Position numbers and translations under genes: made by a program. A stretch of DNA of 64,000 bases, from contig CP110439.1 in NCBI GenBank assembly GCA_026914245.1, forward strand, positions 5,022,001 through 5,086,000, given 5' to 3'. How positions within the stretch are numbered: the stretch's first letter is position 1; each line of letters begins with the position of its first letter. Positions 37,499 to 48,700 of the stretch are shown in pieces. The stretch is from Puccinia triticina. Lineage: Eukaryota. The notes below the pieces were generated by a model. That model worked only from the letters and a program-made list of their open reading frames with translations. It was not told where the DNA came from and searched no databases.

Positions 37499-40400
37499 CT
37501 ATTCCTTTTACTCGCTCTACACAAGGACAAGAGCCCTACGAATGGAAGATGCGTCAGAAGATTGTGTGGGTGTGTTAATCAGTGGTTTTCCCTGATAGTC
37601 AAAAAACTCAGCACACTCTGAGTTGACGACCTTCTTCGTCGTTGGGTTCCAAAAAAACCAGCCTCGCTCATCGTCCTGGTATCCCACCAAGTACCCCGTC
37701 CAACCCCGGAGATCCATCTTCCTGCAACGCTCCTTTGGGATGTGTACACACGCCTTGGTACCGAAGGGATAGAAACATTCTGCAGACGGTTTTCTGTCTG
37801 ACCAGAGTTCGAGAGGACTTGTCTTGCATCGAGCGTTAGGAAGCCGGTTAATCAAGAAGCATGCACACCTGTAGGCGTAAGACCACAGAGTTTCCGGCAT
37901 GTGCGAATGCCTCAGAGTTGTTTGAGCAATGTCGCCTAGTGTGCGATTCAGGCGTTCCGCTTCACCATTCTGTTCGGGGGTATAAGGCGAAGTGAAGATG
38001 ATTGAAGTACCGACTGATGAGAGATAGTTTTGAAAGGATTGGGTCGTGTATTCTTTTGCATTATCACATCGGATGTATTTAGGAGCTGATTTGAAATGAG
38101 AAATGATCTTTTTTACTAATGAGATGATGATAGTCGGAACTTCGGATCGGGATTTCATGGCGAATACAAAAGAGAATGTGGTCGCGTGGTCCTGGACCGT
38201 CAACAGGAATCTATTGCCGTGTATATCTGCGTCAAGTGGGCCGAGGACATCTGTGACCATAAGGTCCAGTCTAGATTCCATGGGAACGACTTCTGGCAGG
38301 TGGTGACGTTGTTGCTCGCTCTTACATTGTTTGCATGATTCGCATATGAACGGTGTCCAGGTTTTGAGATCGAAATCAGGGACGAAACGCTTGAGAAAAT
38401 CTTTGACAATCGCGTCCGAGACATGTCCCAGACGACAGTGCCAATCAAAAGAAGGTGAAGAAGAAATAGAAGTCGAAATATTTCTGACAAGAGCGGAACG
38501 AGGATGAAATGAATCGGGAAAAACAAGCCAAGATCGGTTGCGGTATTGAGCCGTGAAAGTCAAAAAAGGCGACGCCAAGAGAATGTTGTTATTCGGGAGG
38601 AAAGTTGGCTTGAAACCCGAATTGATGAGTTGGCCAAGGCTAAGAAGAGTGCCTGTCATTTCCGGGCTGTACAGAACCTTGGGAATTGCTAGGGTACCAG
38701 CCCCATTGGTTATCCTGAGGTGTCCACTATGTGTCGCCGTCATGAATCCTGTCGAAGACGCAAGGTTCAGTCTCATGGAGGGTCGCAGCTCTGTTAAAAA
38801 GGAAAAATCAGGGAGAGATCCGCTCACGTGGTGGGTCGCCCCAGAATCCAACACAGTGCCAACGCCAGCTGTGCCTGTCGCATCCGCACCCACCGCCGAT
38901 TGAACCGCCGCATTCTCCTGGGACGGGTGGGTGGGTCGTTCGGAGGCGCAGCTTGACGGGCAAAACCGGAAGCGGGGCGACCAGGTGCGGGGGTATTGGG
39001 CAACTGCAGGCCGGCGTCCCTGCGGAGAGTCGGACAAGTCGATCTCCAATGTCCTGATACCCCACAGTATAGGCAAGGTCTGCCGGCGAGAAGGTTGGGA
39101 TCGTTGGGACCAGTGTTGCCCCGTCGTATGTTGTTGATAGCCGAGGCGATATCGTCAATAGTTGGATTCCCTGGAGTGCCAACGTTTTGGTTGCGTTGCT
39201 GGTTGGGTTGTGGTACAGATGGTTGTTTCTGAGTTGGTTGACGTTGAGATCTCGCCGGTTGTTGAAGTCGTGCGTTGGGTTGTGTCGCAGCATTCCAATT
39301 CGGGATGTTCGCAGGTGGTTGGTTGGGCCAGGTCCGGTATACCGAGGGGATTGACAAGGTTGATGAATTGAATCGTACCGTTTCGCCATACGCGGAAGTG
39401 ATAATCGTCTGGATATCTCTAGCCGTAACATCCGCTTTTTGTCCAAGTTGCAAAGATATGTTTTGAAATAACTGTGACCGAGACATGGAGGCCGGAGGTG
39501 GGACGATGGATTGTAAAATGAGACTCTCAACAAGAGGGGAAAGGGCCGCTCCGACTTTTTGAAGGTCTGAGAAGATATCGAATAATTTGTTGAACAGGCC
39601 AGGAATCTGTGATGGATCAGTTGACGGCCCCGAAATTCGCAATTCCAGTAATTTGTCCATGAGTTCCATTTGACGAAATCAAATAGTCCCCTGGAAGTTG
39701 GTTTGAACTGCCTCGTAAGCTTCAGTTCCGGTTGTGAATCGATCAACAAGAGATGAAAGTTCGTCATGTACTGTGATTTGAATGAGATACAATAGGCATG
39801 TGTTCTCTTGGGCGGATAACTTGATGTAATTCTCGACCTTATCGAAGAAATTTGGGTGGCCAAGCGTGAGAAGAACGACGCGCGTAAGCCCTCTTTTCCA
39901 TTTGTTGAAATTCGATCCATCCGGCAATAACGGGTCCACTTCTGACTTGTAAATACTTGGCTGTTGCAAGAATTTGTTTCTGGGCGAGATGTCGGTCGTA
40001 TTTGCTTGAGACATGGGGATGGTGGGTGGATCTACGACGAATGGGGTCTGAGATGTTGCAGATATCGGGCCCAATGAAGATTGTGGAGACTGGGGAAAAT
40101 CGGGAGACTGGGGGGAATCGGGAGATTGGGGGGACAGAATGGGTGTTGTGTCCCTTGGTATGTTGACCTTTGGTTGGTATTCAGGTGATGGGATAACGGT
40201 GGTGATGGGCAGGCCAAAGGGATTTCTAACAACCCTGCTATCGTTCGGAAATGTTATTGTAGTCGATTTTAGCTCGTCGATTTGTCGAGTTAAAGATTTC
40301 GAGACGATGTAGGATATAGCTGATATGAAAGGAGACGGTGGACGATCGTGTTCCAATGGATCCGGTTTTTCCTCAATCGGAGACGGAGGTAGAGGTGGAA

Positions 40401-41099
40401 GTTTCAGAAGTGCCTTGTAGGCTTTTGTCTGTTTCGGTCGCTTTGCTCTTGTCGGTGGAGGAAGCGGTCCCGTCAACTCAGGTCGTTCTTGTTGGGTGTT
40501 GACCATAAACTGGAGATGATAAGCCGAAGGGGTTGAGTCTAAAAGGTCGAAAAAAGGCTAGCGAGTCGGTAGACAGCTGACTCTTAATCTGTTGAGGCTA
40601 AAAACCCTCACTTTACATTGCTACTCCCCGACCTCCTCTTGTCTCCTGATACTCCAAATGTGGAGTTTGTCCACCCCACACTACAACAAGATGCAAGTGA
40701 GAATTGGAATGTTGGCTGCGTATTCATAATGAGTAGCGGATTTAGGCGTGAATTGAATGTAACTCAACATCTGGAACACCACGAAGAAAACTGTCTGCCT
40801 CCAAGACAACAAAAAGTATCAGCAAATACAACAAGTGAAGGCGTTCCTGATTCCTGGCACCAAGTTCACCTTTGCACAATTCAAACAGCTAGCAGGAAGA
40901 CTGAATCATGTATTGTATATCCTCCCACAATTACACTGCTACCTCAACAGCCTATATAGGTGGATAAACAAGTGGATCCACAGACAGACAGACCGCACCC
41001 TCCCAAAAGATGCCCAGGTTGACCTTGAATACTGGCTGTTGATGCTCCTACAATACAAGGGGAGGCAAATGATTCAAAACCCAGGCCCCACCTTACCCG

Positions 41100-41828
41100 T
41101 ATGAGACCAAGAACAAAGTCAACATCCTCCTGAAGTCCTCGGCATACATTGGCGCGGAGCAGTCCGCTAAACCCAAGAAGAAGGTTGTTTTGATCAGGCA
41201 CCTTGTAATGCTCACCCCTGCGTGGATCGACGGATCTGAGTTCCAAAAGGCCCTCCTAGACCTGGTGATTGTTGCATTTTGGGGACTGGCTAGGCTATGA
41301 GAGCTCACATACAACGACAAAACGGGACCCCTCCGAGAGTCGGCATCAGTGCTCGTCAGGGACGTCAGCTTCCAAACAGTCGACCACAAGAGAAGTGCTA
41401 CACTGGCGATCCGGGGAGCCAAGACGGCCAGTCCCGGAAGGACTCAAGAAATCCACCTGGCAGCGAGGAAAATGATGATCTTCCCGCTCTTAGCCCTCAA
41501 AAGGAGAATCAAGAATGCTGCGGGACACAACACCTTCCTCTTTGGATACTGGGAAACCGACACTAGAGTACACCTCACCAAACCTGCTGCGTGTTGTGCA
41601 CTATCTCAATTTTGGAACAAAAATGGGTGCTCTGGGATCTCTGGCCATTCCTTCAGAGTTGGGGGGACCTCTTTCCTTTACAAGGCCGGCGTCCACGAAG
41701 ACGGTCTTCGCTGGCTCGGGCGCTGGACCTCTGACTGTTACAAACTTTACATCAGAGAATACACAGAAGAAGAGAGTGCCGACACCGGCAAAATTCTACG
41801 GGAACTACAGAGATGCTGGACTAATTAA
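41100..41828 (+). pseudogene. Tyrosine recombinase of the Ngaro/DIRS element
   Basis: AFWGLARL*E, AKT, GHSFRVGG and GRWTSDCYKLY supply the R-K-H-R-W-Y catalytic set. One in-frame stop, N-terminus deleted. Confidence 0.9.
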
Positions 41829-42418
41829 ACCCCACCTCCTTTGACAAAATCTCATGCCACCAATCTCTCACCGGCTCTGTGCTTTTCCAAACCAGAGTAA
41901 CTAGCGCCTTCGCCCACACTTCCTCCGGGGGCTTTCTGCTCCGGGAGGATCCGGTCCGTTGCCTTCTCCTCCCTCTGGGACTTCTCCCTGTCCTGTCCCC
42001 CCTCCCGGGTGACTTTGCACAAGGAGAAGCACCACGAGAGCGCAGCACACAGGATCGGGGACCATCCTCCCCCCGACCCGCACACGAGAGTCTTGGGAAG
42101 TCACTCCCTGACTTCCGGGGCTCTCTCCATGTGAGCAGTTAGTAGTGCCAGCGCTACTAGACAAAGAGAGCTTAAGGAAAACACGCCGCAGCCACCGCTG
42201 AGGCGCTGCGGCGCGGAGGGGCCTACACCACGGGTGCAGTTGGACGGCGGGCGGACGTCCGGTCCGACGTTGGCCACCCCCTCTCCGCCCCTGCAGTAAT
42301 ACTTTGCACGGTGGACGTTGGGAGGAGTGTATGTCGGGAAGGTCGGGCTGCCCCTGACAGCGGCTAGGCCACGAATCCTACCCGGACGTTGGGCTTCAAG
42401 CTGGGATTGCCCAGACGT

Positions 42419-43419
42419 TGTGAGAAATAAGAGTGGTTAGCTGGTGTAGAATGTCCGCTGACCGCCTTCTTCAAGAATATTGATGTCCGGGCTGTGTGAT
42501 TGTCGGTAACTCGGCTCCGCACTGCTACTTTCCGCTAGCCTTCAGCGCTCCTCTACCAAGCCTGATCTATAGCGTAATAATCCGCAAGTGAATAAATCTC
42601 TGCACTTTGTAAGCGCCAGAATCCGCAGTAACTCTCTAATAAGAATAAGAACACAGATAATCTCCCAATAGCTCTTGTACGTCCGTAGTTGTAAGTACAA
42701 TGATGATTGAAATCCGTAATAATCTGTAGGATAAAGATAATAGGATGAGGAAAAGAGAGGAGAAAAACCCTGAGCCACCCCCGTCCTTCCCTCCACGCAT
42801 GTCACCGTTCCCACCCGATCCCGCACACCTGACACTTTCCCGCACTAGTCCTCCAGCTCCGCCCGCTATCCCGCTCGTCACTCTCCCAGACTCCGCTCCT
42901 CTCCAACGCTTGTCCTCCCACCGTCCTCTGTCTAGCCCCCGTCAGTTGTTCTCTTGCCACCGCCTTCACCCCGGTTCCACCCGCTGGTGGAACCCGCTCT
43001 GGCTATCATGGCTCACCCGCTGACGTGCTGCTGCTACCAGTCCACATGTGTAGTCCCGCCGCAGTCCAGCCCTGTCTTTTCCGCTCCAATCCAAAATCCG
43101 CAATCCGTGCATTCCAATTCGCGCATGACTTTCCGTAAGCTTTCCTAGCGTGCTTTCCTGACCTCATCCCCAGTGCTTATGTCACCAGAATGCACTCTGC
43201 CTGAGCGGCTTTGTGCATTCCCCGCCCGCGCTATCCCCGCGTGGACATTCTACCGCGCTTGCCTATATAAATCACCACAACGTCGGCCGCAGGGCATTGG
43301 GTCATGAGGAGATCCGAGCAGCAAAAATCTTCCCAAGGGTGGGTCGATCCGGCGACCGCGCCACACCCCCGGAGGTTGACCGCTGACCGGTGCAATCACT
43401 TACGACCACTGCAATGACA
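42419..43419. mobile_element. Possible solo LTR
   Basis: TGTGA...TGACA ends, TATATAAA inside, only an imperfect flanking repeat. Confidence 0.35.
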
Positions 43420-44899
43420 ACGATGTTCATATCAGCTTCCATCTAAGTTACAATCATATACCGCATTCTCTTCTTATCATGAAGAGCAAACAGTGTGAAG
43501 TCCAACATTTTTTTTCTTTTTTTTTTTTTTTTCTCTTCTATGTATGATCCGCAAGCACGCTTGGCAGATCGTACTGGTGGTCTCAGGAAACTCACTTTTT
43601 CAAGTGAGTTTCTGACCTTGGGCCAACGGACAGGTCGACTAGTCCGGTGACTCGTCGGGAAGGTTGGCTCATTTCCGGGGGCAGCCGACCTGTTGACAAC
43701 CTCGAGGGCGAGCCGACCATGCTGACCCACCGGGCAGATGGGTTGGCCGGACCTATCAGACAAGCCAACCATGCTGCCTTGCGGGTCGGCACGGTCGGAC
43801 GAGGTCGGCCTGCCCTCCCTGCCGTGAACAGCCGACGGGTGGTCGGGCAGGGTTGGGCCGACCCGGAGGGCTGCTCGACGTCCTACCAGGACGGCCCGAC
43901 CCAAATCTGACGGGAGGGTCCGCCCGCCGCGCGACTCACTTTACAAGTGGAGCCGTGGTGTAGGGGTACCACCCCAAAGCCATCTCTGAACATCTCTGGT
44001 GACCTCCCCGAGGCGTCCAGGCGTGAATGGACTCACCTACCAAAGTCTTTGAAAATATTTTCCTTGACTCTCAGAGAAATATTTTTCTGTTCATGCGGGG
44101 ATATTGGACCAGTTCAATCACACAGAACATGACAGTTGAAGCTTTGGGTCAAAGAACTTGCTGAAGTGCTGCAGGTTGCGCAGCCATTACCCTCCTCCAT
44201 CCAACTGGAGTTTTGAATCAGGGCCAAAGGGGTAGCCGTGGAAGCCACATAGAACCTGATTGAGTTTGTGTTTTGCACAGCACACAAAATTCTGCTCTCA
44301 TTGAGCTTAACTAAGCCTCTCTGGGGAGGCGTGAAGAGTCTCCAAAGGAGAGGCTTTGCACCAAAGTCAGATTCCTGGCCAGCAAATTTTCAAAGGAAAC
44401 CAACAATTTTGTGTTTACATTTATTTTATAATTAGTTCCACTCTTTTACTCCAAATTCTAGCTAGTGAATCTGTTGCAGCCCTTGATCTCAGCTATCTCG
44501 TACGCATTTTTTCAAGTGTTCTCAACAAAAATTGGCTGCTCAGCAGCCTTTCTTGCCAGGGTTGTGAAAGAATGCAAAAGACTAGGATTTTATTTCTAGT
44601 ATTAGACTTTGCTTGTAACTACAATGTTCTGTAATTAAATGAAGAATGGGAGAAACTGTTAAGCAGCTATTTACCTAGGAGTAGATGTTTGACCGCTCTC
44701 TACTCGAATGATAACAATAATAAGAAAACAGTTGATCAAGATTTCGACCGTGCGAGTTTCGCAGAATCTGTTTTCAACGTTTCTAGTTAGCTGAGTTTCC
44801 TCTTTAGGCTGAGTGGACAGAAATTGTCTTCCTTACTCGGTCTGCCTTGATAAGTCTACAGATCAAAATGATCGTTCTTGTTGGCTTTGGAAAAGCGGC

Positions 44900-45400
44900 G
44901 AAGGAGGATCGAGATGTTATCTATAACAGCGACACAGCTCCCTTTTTAGCCTTTTTCTTTTCTTGAGCTTAGCTCGGAACCGTTTCAACTCACCGACTTT
45001 CTTTCCTTCTTTGTTAGGGAATTCGGCTTGTTTGGTCTGTTCTACTTCGACTTCGTCTAGAGAATTGAGAACGGCGCTTTTAGCCACACGTCTAGTTAGT
45101 CCATCGAGATAGAAAGACAAAGCTGCTCACCTTCGGTGCTGGCTGTGATTCGATCTCTAAGTGACTGGGGACCGGGATTTACCACTGATCTGAGCTTGCG
45201 TGTTGCGGAGGAAGTATCTGCATTCATCGTGACGATTCAGTCAGTATTTTCTTCCTCACGCCGCAGCTTGGACTGCGGAACAGGATCGCTTTGCTCACCT
45301 GTTGCCGCAGCTGTTTTAGCTCCCGGCACCTTTCTCAATTTATGAGAAAGATACTGTTCACCTAGGCGTGAATTCTCACAGGTTGTTCCTGGGCAATTTG
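44900..45400 (-). CDS. Partial multi-exon hypothetical gene divergent from BRCA2 (ends not resolved)
   Basis: Two intron-like segments with GTGAGC donors and CTGAC/CTAAC branch sites. Lysine/arginine-rich exon in ORF 44917..45120. Confidence 0.35.
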
Positions 45401-45783
45401 ATGGGCCACACATTACAATTGGACAGGTTCTTGCGGTTTTTGGCCTCACAAGACCTCCCAAGGCAGTTTTTTACATCACAATTACTTGCGAGGGATGAGC
45501 AGAGGACACAAGCTTGATGGGATACATGGTAAGATGTGCAATATCTTTTGAGAGGTGTTTGAAATGAAGAGAACCTTCACCCTGTAGATCTAGTTTGGTT
45601 TACTATTTAGGGCCCACGGAGATGCTCTCAGAGTGTAGAAGACGATAATGCACCTGCACAAGTTCCAAGTTGAAGGTTCCGGCTGGGGGATGTGGATGTA
45701 TGCGGGGTGGGGTCCGGCACGGCCACTCGCCCTTGACCGGGTCTGCTCATGACCACCAACCACCACCAGCCGAGCAACGGGCG

Positions 45784-48700
45784 ATGGCAGCAGCAGCAGC
45801 ACCCACCAGCAACAGCAACAGCAACAGCAACACCAGCGACGGAAGACCAGCGAAGCGGACCAGGTTCAGCACCCCAGAAGCAGAACAACCCGGCCCACGA
45901 GCTGCTGACCATCCGCAACAGAAACTGGGACAAGAGCCAGAAGGTCTGCACATGATCCCGATCATCTCAGTGTATACATATCACGCCTGCTAACCGCCTC
46001 ACACGCAGTCTCCGGCGCACCCCACACCCCGGGCTTCTCGTCGGATGGAAGAAGCGGACGGGAGGACCGAGCACACCGAGGATCGGAAGCCAAAGACCCT
46101 CAGCCGGCGTCTCCTTCGACGACGATCCCTCCGCCGCTCGCACCTCAAACCCCATCAGACCGACAAGACAGTCTGACCCCGTTGAGCGAGCCACGCTCCG
46201 AGGAGGAAAACAATCCGCTGACCGCCGAGGTGTCCGAGAACGACCCTGAGATCAGCCAGTACGATATCTGGAGCGATTGCGAGCAGGAGGACTTCGACCA
46301 ATCCGAGCTTCCCCACAATGGACTCCTGCCTACCGCCAGCCAGCTCACGTCATCAACAGCCGTGCAGGAGCAGCAACAGCTTACCGCATCCACACCCCAT
46401 CAACCCAAGCCGCCGGACCCGCCAAATGAACCCGACCACGCACCCAGCCAGTCGAAGAAGAGTCAACTATCCCCAGACCACCGCCAAAGCTCGGCCCAAT
46501 TTATCATCCCAAGAAGATCGATCTCCAGCCCTCTCCGTCCCCCCTCCAATCCGAACCCGGCGCCCAAGACCAAAAGAACCGTGTCCTCCCTCTTCACAAC
46601 CGGCACCGGCGAGCCGTTCCCGATGGCCATCCACCCGCCGTCATCCGGCTCGCCCACCTTCCAACCCGCCATTCTGTATCCGCCCCCGACCGCCACTTCG
46701 GCACAAAAAAGCACGCCCGAAGAGCGCCAGACCCGGCCGATGGACGACGACGCTCTTCCCTATCTGCCGGCCGCGAAACCGCGCCGCGCGTTGTCCTCGC
46801 TCTTCCAGACCGGCGCTGGGCAGCCGTTTCCCATGGATGAGCCCGCCGAAGAGGTACTTCAATCCCTCCTTCCTTGGTATCATCTTCCCCCCTCGAGATC
46901 ACGCTCTCTGATATTGGCTCTATCTTGGCTAGACATCCTCCTCGTCGGCGGCGCAGACCCAAGATTGCCCCGTCTTCGGGTTCCAAACCGCACGCGGAAC
47001 CCCGGTTGCCCCACCCTCCAAGGACGCGATGAGGAAGGCGCTCGACATCTGCGCTCATCCCGCGCTTTCTCCCTTCCCTAAGCCGCATTACACTGAGCCC
47101 GACTCGCCTAGTCCTTCACATCGAGGTATGTTTTTCTTTTCTTGTCAGATACGTCCCTTTGCTGACTTTTGATATTTTGTGGTTCGGAATCTAGCTAAGA
47201 TCCAGAAAGCTTCACAGCTGTCGTGTTCTTCTAGCGTTTCTCCTAGTAGCAGGGCCAATGGCGCCAACAAATCTCCAACCGAAGACAGCCGCCCGATCGT
47301 CCGAGCGCCCACTCCGAGCAGCTCTTCAATGCCGCCGCCGCCCACCAAGCTAGACTCGTCGAAGCCATCAGTGGGCGGCCTATTCAGCACGGCATCTGGC
47401 ACCCCTATCCATATCCCTATCAGCGCAATCGAGCGCGCCCGCGCGCATCTGGACAACCCCTCTCAATCGTCAGACTCGCGCCCACCCCCCACGAACCGCG
47501 CTGGATCTCCGCTGAAAGATGTATCGAATCTGCGGCCCGCTCCACACAGCCATCATCGGCTCTCTGCCACGACGGACCTCTTGACAGGCGTGGGAACTCG
47601 CCCGTCTGGTCATCCCTCCCTCTCAGCCAAGCTACACGAGTCTCTCAGCGCGGTGGTTCCCAAGATTCCCTCCCAGCCGACTACCGCCGCCACGCTGATG
47701 TCCACGCCCGTCCGCACACTCTCCAGCGGGATGACCGTCCGGTCCGCCCTCCAAGACTCCCCCAATGAGCCGCCCTCGCTCCCCCATACTACCACCACCG
47801 CCCCCGTCAGACGGATCTCAAATCGGATCCATATCGGGCTCACCCCGCAGGCCACTTCCAGACGCGCCTCTCGCGAGGGAAAAGCCCAGGAACCCCGCTC
47901 ATTCGTCACCCCGTTCAAGAAGAAGCTCGAGCCCATGCCGGGCCAGCCCGTCTCGCTGTGCACGCCTGCGCGCACCGCTTTTTATCCGGCGCAAGAAACG
48001 CCCTCGGCAGACCCCTCTCGGCGCTCGGTCATGTACATCGACCCGGTCACTCCCTTCGGCAGACAGGGCTCATCGGGAGGAAAGCCCCAGAGTGTCTTCG
48101 ACCTGTCAACAAGGTCGCGCCAGAAAATCCCAATGGCACAGTGGCTCGCATCACCTAAGGGATATTCGGCGCGCCATCTGCTGTCACTTGCAGTGTGAGT
48201 AGGACAAGCATGGGCAATCCACCATCCCCCAATTGGTCCTCCTCTCTCACTCTTTCTCTTCGGGAGATATGCTCTTAACAAATAATGATGGGGGTGGGCT
48301 TTGACGTTAGACAGGCCAGAGTCGGTGGTCTACATGACGGCGAAGTCGGCGGCAATCTGGACCTTCAATGCGTTCACCGAGCCCTTCGGGGCTCTCCAGG
48401 CGCTCGGCGAGCTGCTCCACGCCGGCTGCTCGATCTCCCGTTGCTCGCCTAAATGGGTGGCTAATCATTGGGCATTGATCGTCTGGAAACTCGCCGCGTT
48501 CGTCCGCTGGCAGCCCGACTGTCTATCCCGGGTTTGGAAGCCCTCGAATGCCGTCCAACAGCTGAAATACCGGTGAGCACGCTTCCACCCTCCCTCGTTT
48601 CGAGAATCCTGTAGTCTAGAAGCGCCACAGCTCTGGCTCATCCGTTTTGTTTGATGGTCTAGGTATGAGCGCGAGTTTGTGCGTGGTGACCGTCCAGTTC

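Larger units (their letters stand above)
37169..37521 (+). mobile_element. TRIM (miniature LTR retrotransposon) with tRNA-like cassette in each LTR
   Basis: TSD CAAGG. Identical 129-bp LTRs 37169-37297 and 37393-37521 (TGTAGAG...CTCTACA). PBS GGTTATGAGCCCAGC, PPT AGGGGG, 95-bp non-coding interior. Confidence 0.95.
35355..40688 (-). mobile_element. Ty1/Copia element D, full length, with 99-bp LTRs
   Basis: TSD AGATG. LTRs 35355-35453 and 40590-40688 with 1 difference. Poly-G PPT, gag ATG 40506, zinc knuckle CLYCGVSGHWRSTC, VLDSGATHH, integrase (37517..39076), RT/RH (35575..37002). Confidence 0.95.
31781..40769 (-). mobile_element. Ty1/Copia element B, truncated after integrase; 5' LTR (40769-40694 + 35354-34589) split by Copia D
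   Basis: LTR TGTTGAG...TTTACA, PBS TGGTAGCGAGAG, gag ATG 34572, protease WDTGASSHM, integrase HTDLSG/TTDGGGEF/YTPQQNGLIER. RT and 3' LTR are missing. Confidence 0.9.
29180..44045 (+). mobile_element. DIRS/Ngaro-type tyrosine-recombinase retrotransposon, degenerate, interrupted by Copia B/D (boundaries approximate)
   Basis: gag-like ORF pieces 29661-31183. RT N-terminus GFKKGFHQGIP...PPNH...KEIVAGRMFGPF (31490-31780), RT C-terminal part QLAGRLNHV...DLEYW (40770-41100), then the YR ORF. Confidence 0.8.
16345..44690 (+). pseudogene. Probable lineage-specific secreted-protein gene, disrupted by Copia C and the Ngaro-like element (pieces ~16345-17376, 28502-29180, possibly ~44045-44690)
   Basis: Signal-peptide-like start and GT-AG introns. 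Removing Copia C and one ATAAA TSD restores the frame ...IKLGAGSNK|YKFLTRIAPKQGRIDGVLLDLVMDFATWEW (ORF 28568..28903). Scattered TGA stops. The third piece is inferred only from a coding-like frame. Confidence 0.5.

Noticed and set aside
41349..41828. Phage/bacterial integrase acquired by horizontal transfer
   Set aside because: It lies downstream of DIRS/Ngaro-type gag and RT remnants, the normal position for that family's recombinase.
41830..42400. Self-cleaving ribozyme at the Ngaro 3' end
   Set aside because: GC-rich stems are present, but no hammerhead core (CTGATGA...GAAA) or convincing HDV fold was seen by eye; an Infernal search would be needed.
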